61,308 nt of DNA from Seison nebaliae (lineage: Eukaryota): the NCBI GenBank assembly GCA_023231475.1, contig JALJEE010002077.1:1-61308 (forward strand). The letters are read 5' to 3'. Shown one piece after another: positions 54,801 through 61,308 of this stretch. A program made the translations under genes and the position numbers. Numbering within the stretch: position 1 is the first letter of the stretch; each line of letters opens with the position of its first letter. The notes under the pieces are model-generated. The model was not told the origin of the DNA. It saw nothing but the letters and a program-made list of their open reading frames with translations, and ran no database searches.

Positions 54801-57364
54801 CGATATTAAAGAAGATGATGATGAATAAATATTTCTCCCCAAATTATTGCAGTTGCCGCTCAGACGATTCGAATGAAAACACAGGAGACAGGTTTTAGTA
54901 GGGAAGCGAACTCTCATGTTGTTCGATGGAGCGGATAATAAGATAGTTATTATAATAATCCGAAATTTATGAAACTGAGAAAATAATATTCTTCCGAATC
55001 TTTTATTATTGAAGTATAATTAGTTTGACGTTGGCAAACATATCGCATATGACAGGAGCGGCTACTTTCTTTTATCTATTTCCGTTATTCGATTAAACTC
55101 CCAACACCAATAACAAATACTATCGGCAAATACTACTTAATCTACTTAGTGTGACAATGAATAAAAGTTGATGAGAAGATACTATCATATTAGACAGCTA
55201 TTCATCTCAATCCATTTGCCTTTGGTGTTACTAACTAATTGAAATGGAAGTAATATTAGAATAGCGACGAGTAACCTCGGGAACTCGAAGGTAATGTGAT
55301 CTTAATTGATAAGAAGCATTCATCGCATCAATAACATTTTATTTTCATTCATTTATCTCTATACCACGATTCTGTTACCATCACACACAAAAAATGGACC
55401 ATGTGTCTCGTCCTATGTTTACGCCGTCAGTTGTGTATGTATGAGAAGGTATTGTATCGATTGTTTTATGATGACGATAATGGTCTGCAACATACGTGTC
55501 GTCTTCGAAATTTAATGAAAGGAAGATACTTGATGAAGATACAGAGGAATTAAAGAAAACAAATAAATGGGCAACTGAATACCATACTCTTTTAATCGAG
55601 GTCGACATATGTGTCCATTGTTGGATGTCATTTTATTTATTTAGTGTCATCATTTTCATGTTCTAATGAAAATAAATCTGGTAATATTGTTGTTTTAATT
55701 TTTTTCTATCCAGCTTCCAACGACTAAGAAGAAGAAGAAGAAGAACAATAACTAAATTAAATCTTCTTCATTCATTTAATATTTGTATGGAATTTTATTT
55801 TTCCAATTCATTGGAAGTATATAGAGATTGGAATCATGTTGATGAAGAGCTTTAGATGATAGAGTCAGTGAAAAGGATCTTTATGTTTTGATTGTCATTC
55901 AATCCGGTAGCATTCTCAGGGTATGATCTTTCCAAAATGAAATGTTATCGGAACCAAAAATGAGAAGTCTGGGACACTTCTTCGAATTTCAATCAACTCT
56001 ATTGTTGATTCAACGTAATCGTTGTTTATATTGTTTTTCATAAAAATTCTTTTATTCAATATCTTCCCCCTTAGGAGATTGTCATCTACGTACGTCTATT
56101 GCTACTTATACGTATCATATCGTAAAATAATAAACATTCTTATTGTGTATATTAGAGTAGACTATTAATTGATTTACTTAATTAATTTTCTCACTAAACA
56201 ATTATTATAATTCCATTGGATCGATGTGATAATTGGGAAAATTAATTCTTTAACAATCATCTTCACTTTAATCAATCATGTGGATAACTATAAAATTCTC
56301 CAGTTATTCTCAACTGAATATCGTACTCATATTCCCCACTTTCTTTCATTGAATTCTCCAAACAAACTTGAATTAAAGACGTTTCATCTCAACAAACGAA
56401 AGTTTAGTTAGTGCGGTAGTAGTTAGCTTTGTAAGGTGGATTGGATTGAAAGATGTTCGAAATTCCTTCTTTCATTTCTTCAAACAATCGGAAAGAAATG
56501 AAAACAGTAGAAATACAAAATCTTCCCATCGCCCGTCAATCATTGTCGTAACATACAGTATCTCTTTTGTCTTCAAGAGAACAATTTCATTCTCTCATTC
56601 TCTCATTCATAAGCACGGAAACAAATGGAAACAAATAAAAGAGGGAAACTACGTGCGAAATTTTAATATTTTAAACGGAAATGAGACATTCTTTTATTCA
56701 TTATTCTTCTCTATTTCGTCATTCATCTTTCCCTTAAGAAATCTATCAAAGTAGAGAACTCTTTATGTATATGACTATCTGGGCCATATCTGTTTCCACG
56801 TCTATAACTCTATCAAAGTTATCATAATTTTTTATAACTATTAATTTATTCAAGTTTTCCTATTCATATATGTTTGATTATGGAAAAGGAAATGGAAATA
56901 ATGACAACAACTCATGCCAGCATTTGGTTTCCATTGAATGCGAGAATTGTTGCTGTTTCCGTTTTCCATCGATAATAATGTAACTTTAGAATAATAGTAT
57001 TTGTCAAATTGCTAGTATTTACCTGACATCTGCTCTAATTTAGGACTATTGTCGAATGATCTTGTTTACCCTATTTCCTTTGAAACATTTCCGTTCACTA
57101 ATCTCAAGTTCAGTTCGAAATGTTGCATTCACCATCTCTTTGCTTCCAAACAAGAATACTCCATTAATTATAATCGAGTTATTGTTTATTGATAATCGGA
57201 ATATTAACTTTTCATCTGTTCGTCCTTCCCATACTCTAATAACCATTTGACGATCTTTCATCGACTATATATGAATTTCATTTTCTCCCATTTATTCCTT
57301 CATCTAATTTCTCATATTTCTTCTTATTCTCTCAGATTTTTCATTAATTGTTCATGAATCAGTC

Positions 57365-59310
57365 ATGAATACTTTCAGATTAACAATTGTTGTCTTTTCT
57401 ATATTATTATCAAATTTTAACGAATGTACTCGACCTACCAAAAACATCAAGGCCATATATGGTCAATCCATTAAATTGAGATGTAACATCGAAGAAATGG
57501 AATCAAATGCTCATGTCACTTGGATAAGAAAAGAGACGAACGAAATCATTTCAATTGACAGAACTATCCATCAATCGACTCCGATGCAATTGAGGAAGGA
57601 AAACGTCCGAAGACGAAATCGTCGAGAAGTCTATCAAGGCAAATATCAAATCGACCATTCATATATGACCGAATGGCATCTCATCATCAATCACGTAACA
57701 GAAGACGACAGTGGAATTTACATTTGTAAATTATCCACCGATCCTTTAGGTCAGAAACAACGTCGTACCGTCCAATCCCATTCCGATGGAATGGATGAAA
57801 AAATCAATAAAAATATTCAAAGTCAATCAGAAATTGATTTTATCGAACAATTATTCGATGATACAAACTCAGAAGAACATCAAGTTCAAAATGTGAAGGA
57901 AAATGGGGAAAGATCGCGTCGTTTCCAACACAACGTGTTTGAGAAGATTGAACAAATTTTCAACTTAATCATTCTAGTTCCACCCAGAATATTGACACCA
58001 GTTCAAATGAAAATTTCCAGAATTACTTCATTGTCTCCTTCACCATCTTCATCATCGACGGATGTCATTTATCAAAATGAAATGTTCTCTCTCAGTTCAT
58101 CAGATGTCATTTATGAGAAAGATCTCCGTTTATCTGATCCTCCCAATCCCGAGTTATTGAAATGTGTCGCCGATGGAATGCCAACACCTAAGATCAATTG
58201 GTTTGTTGTTCAATTATATTCCAACAATCGAACTAGTGAAAGACAATTAAATTTCAATGGAAATTCAATTAATGTCGGAAACGTCCGTAACGTGATTCGT
58301 TCACTGTTGAAGAACAATAAGAAGATTGGAGATGAGAATGGTGTGATTACCATATTTATTTGTGTGGCCAACAATGAAATTCAACCAACAGCTTCAATGA
58401 AATTCCGAATCAATCAATTGTTCTCTCCAAAACTTTCTTATTTGAGTAACAGTCTAATTCAACTAAAGAATGATGGAATGGAAGAGAATAGCGTCCGAAT
58501 GGAATGTGAAATCGTTTCTAACCCAACACCCTCTGTAATTCTGTGGAAGAAGAATAACAAAGTAATATATCGAAAACAATTATTTCCCTCTTTTCAAAGG
58601 GGAAGTGAAACGAATTTAAATTATAAAAATAATCGGTACATATTTACAAATTACGAGAAACGACAATCAAACTTCGATTTATCAAAAAAAATTATTTCTT
58701 CTTTAAAAATTCCCGTTAGTTTTTCCTTTCTTCAATTCAGAAATTAATTTTTTCAATACAGAAACCATCAAAAACTGATATCGGGAAGTATAAATGTATC
58801 ATCGTAAATTCGGTTGGAAAATCGCATTTAATGTTCGAAATAGAAAATGTACAAAACGAAAAACGATTATCCGTTAAATTAAACGACGAGTTACCGAAAG
58901 CACTAATTTATCCCGTTAAAATGGAAACCAAGAAAAAAGAAGAAAGCATCAAAACACAACCAAAGAAATCGAATTTGAAATCTGTTCAAATTTGGCATCG
59001 GCAAAAATTTAAGAAACCGATTGAAGCAATAGTAGAATTGACGAGGAAACGACTTCTTCGAAACGACAATTATTATTCGGGAAATAATGTGAATGAGAAC
59101 AATCATCGAAGTAAGCCGTACGTGAATGGTTTGAGGTATGAACCGGCCAGATGGTATCCTCACCAAATGGATAAGGAACGAAGATATCGAACTGAAAAAA
59201 ATTATTATAGATTTGATCATTCATCAGGAAGTGAGATGATAAGAACTAATTTCATTTCATTATTATTTATATTCTTTATTTATTCGATCATTTCCATAAG
59301 TATTTGTTAA
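57365..59310 (+). CDS. Three-Ig-domain cell-surface protein, IgLON/DIP/lachesin-like, probably GPI-anchored; intron 58715-58761
   Basis: Signal peptide; Ig1 C...VTW...WHLII..V...DSGIYIC; Ig2 CVADGMPTPKINW...CVANN; Ig3 CEIVSNP...W...DIGKYKC (restored by splicing); hydrophobic C-terminus with no cytoplasmic tail. Confidence 0.75.
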
Positions 59311-61308
59311 TTCATTTCTAATCGTCTTTGAACCTCCGGTGATGTTTGAATCTTTCTATATCAAAACTATCTTATTCTAATTTTTTATAATTGTCCTTTT
59401 ATAATAAAATCCTTAATTTCATAATATACTTTTCATTCAGTTTTGTTGGCAGAAATCTGTTTAGTTTCTTCGATATTATAGGAGAAATAACATTACCATT
59501 ATTCATTGATGATAATATAATACAAAATTTGATAAATTGTAACGTTACAAATTCGGTTACTGTTCCGTTGAATCAACTGTTAATTTAACAAAAACTAACT
59601 GAAATGTAACCCAAAAAAGACAAGAAAAAAATGTTTATTTCGTTGGTTTAGAAAAAGAATAGAAATGTTTCCCTTTCCTTCATAATTAACACACTTTTAA
59701 CACCGAAATGGAAGAATGAGGTGACAAAATCATCGAAATGAAAGAATGAGGGTGATAAAATGTCCCTTTGGTAAGTGACGAACTGTTCCAATTTAATAAT
59801 AAAGGGTGACGAAATTTAAGTTAGCGTTTTTATATCCCATTATATCGTTAGCGACAGCTTGAGAAATTCTGTCATTTTTTGCAAAATTTCGATGAACTGC
59901 CATTTTTTCTCAGCGTCGGATCATCTACCCATCTTTTTGATTATCTCTCATTCTCTCTCACCTCGCAACGCTGAACAAGACAAACCGAACGATGTAATAT
60001 CTCTAATCAAAATCAGTTATTATTGCAGATGTGATTTCCTCCGCCAACAATCCATTCTCCTCGAAATTACCTCTTCCTAGAACGGACTTTTCTTCCTTTC
60101 AATGAACATTTTTCCATTCCCGCACAGAATTCGTCTGCTACGGTTTCACATCAACGTTTTTCACGTCCTCCTATCCCGAATTTTTCTTGTATTTATCATC
60201 TTAAGTTTAGGGCAATCCGTTGAATTCCATGAGACAACATTTCGTATCTAAACTCAGAAGAACATGTCTCTCAAATAGCCGACATAATGTTTGGAGGTTG
60301 ATAACTGGAAAACCTTCGACGAATAATGGTTCCGATATCTCTGTTGAGTCTTTTGCAATTCACTTTAATTCGTACATGTATAACAGAACTGTCGTTCCAT
60401 TCGATCTTTCGACAATTTCAATTTCACTTTATTTTCCTCTCACGACGTCTATGAATCAATTATTACACTTGATGGTATTTGCATTAAACTCGTTCAGCAT
60501 GCTCTACCGTCGCTTATTTCGAATCTTCTTTAAATTCGTACCGTCCGATATGTATCTCTTCTTTCGTGTTAAAATTGGTTGACAATCTCATGTTATTCCG
60601 CTACCGCAACATTCTGAACCGCTGAACCATTGATCTCGGTTGTCTATCCTCCATGGTGTTAGATCATGTACGTAACAAATTATGTAAAGCGTTCTTCTCT
60701 TTCTCTTCTAACAAGTAAGAAAGTTCTCTTTGTAAGACGAAATTCGTTCCTCTTAAACTACGTCTACAGCTTTTTAAGAGTATGGTTCTTCCATTATATT
60801 CTCTGGATAACATATTTTTATGCACTCAACGTTCATTCTTGTCGATCGACCCTGCGTACAATCGTCTTATCAGGAGATTAATCGGTTGCTTTCACAGATG
60901 TAACCGTTCTCTACTTTTCGCAACAGTTGGTCTCGTGCCGCTGCCGATTCTCTTTTGTCGTCGCATTTTTACTGTTATCGACAAAATTTCGGAATGAAAC
61001 TTCTACACTTCATACATTTCCAACATGAATAATTTTCATAATCGCTCAATCTTTAGTCTGATCTTAAGATTCTGCTTAATTCACTCTCAATAATTTACAT
61101 TCCTATGTTACACATGTCGCTGCTGACAAATACGGCACTTGAATATAAATGAAATTTATTTACAAAGAATTTATATAGTAGTAATGGATAGTAGAGAGTT
61201 TAGTATTAAACGGTAAAGATTCACACACTTTTTGAATTAAAATATATTTAATAAACCACACATTTCGATTTTTGAAACGTTCGACAATCACTCACGAATA
61301 AATAAAAT

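Noticed and set aside
43000..57300. Many 60-106 aa hydrophobic F/I/L/S-rich ORFs
   Set aside because: This composition is expected from AT-rich non-coding DNA. Many use non-ATG starts and none shows a motif.

Overview
AT-rich, gene-dense genomic DNA from an animal: it has FoxQ2, Gq-alpha, an IgLON/DIP-like protein and short spliceosomal introns of mostly 40-60 nt. It is probably a compact-genome invertebrate; a spiralian such as a rotifer relative is only a guess. I reconstructed 18 protein-coding genes by hand. Positions 1-43 kb hold a BTB protein, two small EF-hand proteins, PRPS, acid ceramidase, HAPSTR1-like, a GNAT acetyltransferase, INPP5F-like, FoxQ2, HERC4-like, OCRL/INPP5B-like, ATP5F1E, ATP5MK, a ShKT-CAP-EGF protein, a CDKL-like pseudokinase, a C2H2 zinc-finger protein and Gq-alpha. 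A ~14 kb gene-poor stretch with decayed LTR-retrotransposon relics follows, then a 3-Ig GPI-anchored protein. The main observation is that all 37 coding introns I could reconstruct begin GTT, not the usual GTA/GTG, and +5G is mostly lost. This includes introns at ancient positions shared with human genes, which suggests a rewired 5' splice-site code. Also notable: an intronless INPP5F-like gene nested on the same strand inside a 3.8 kb intron of the GNAT gene, and an operon-like tandem pair of ATP synthase subunit genes missed by the ORF track. All gene models are manual and lack transcript evidence.
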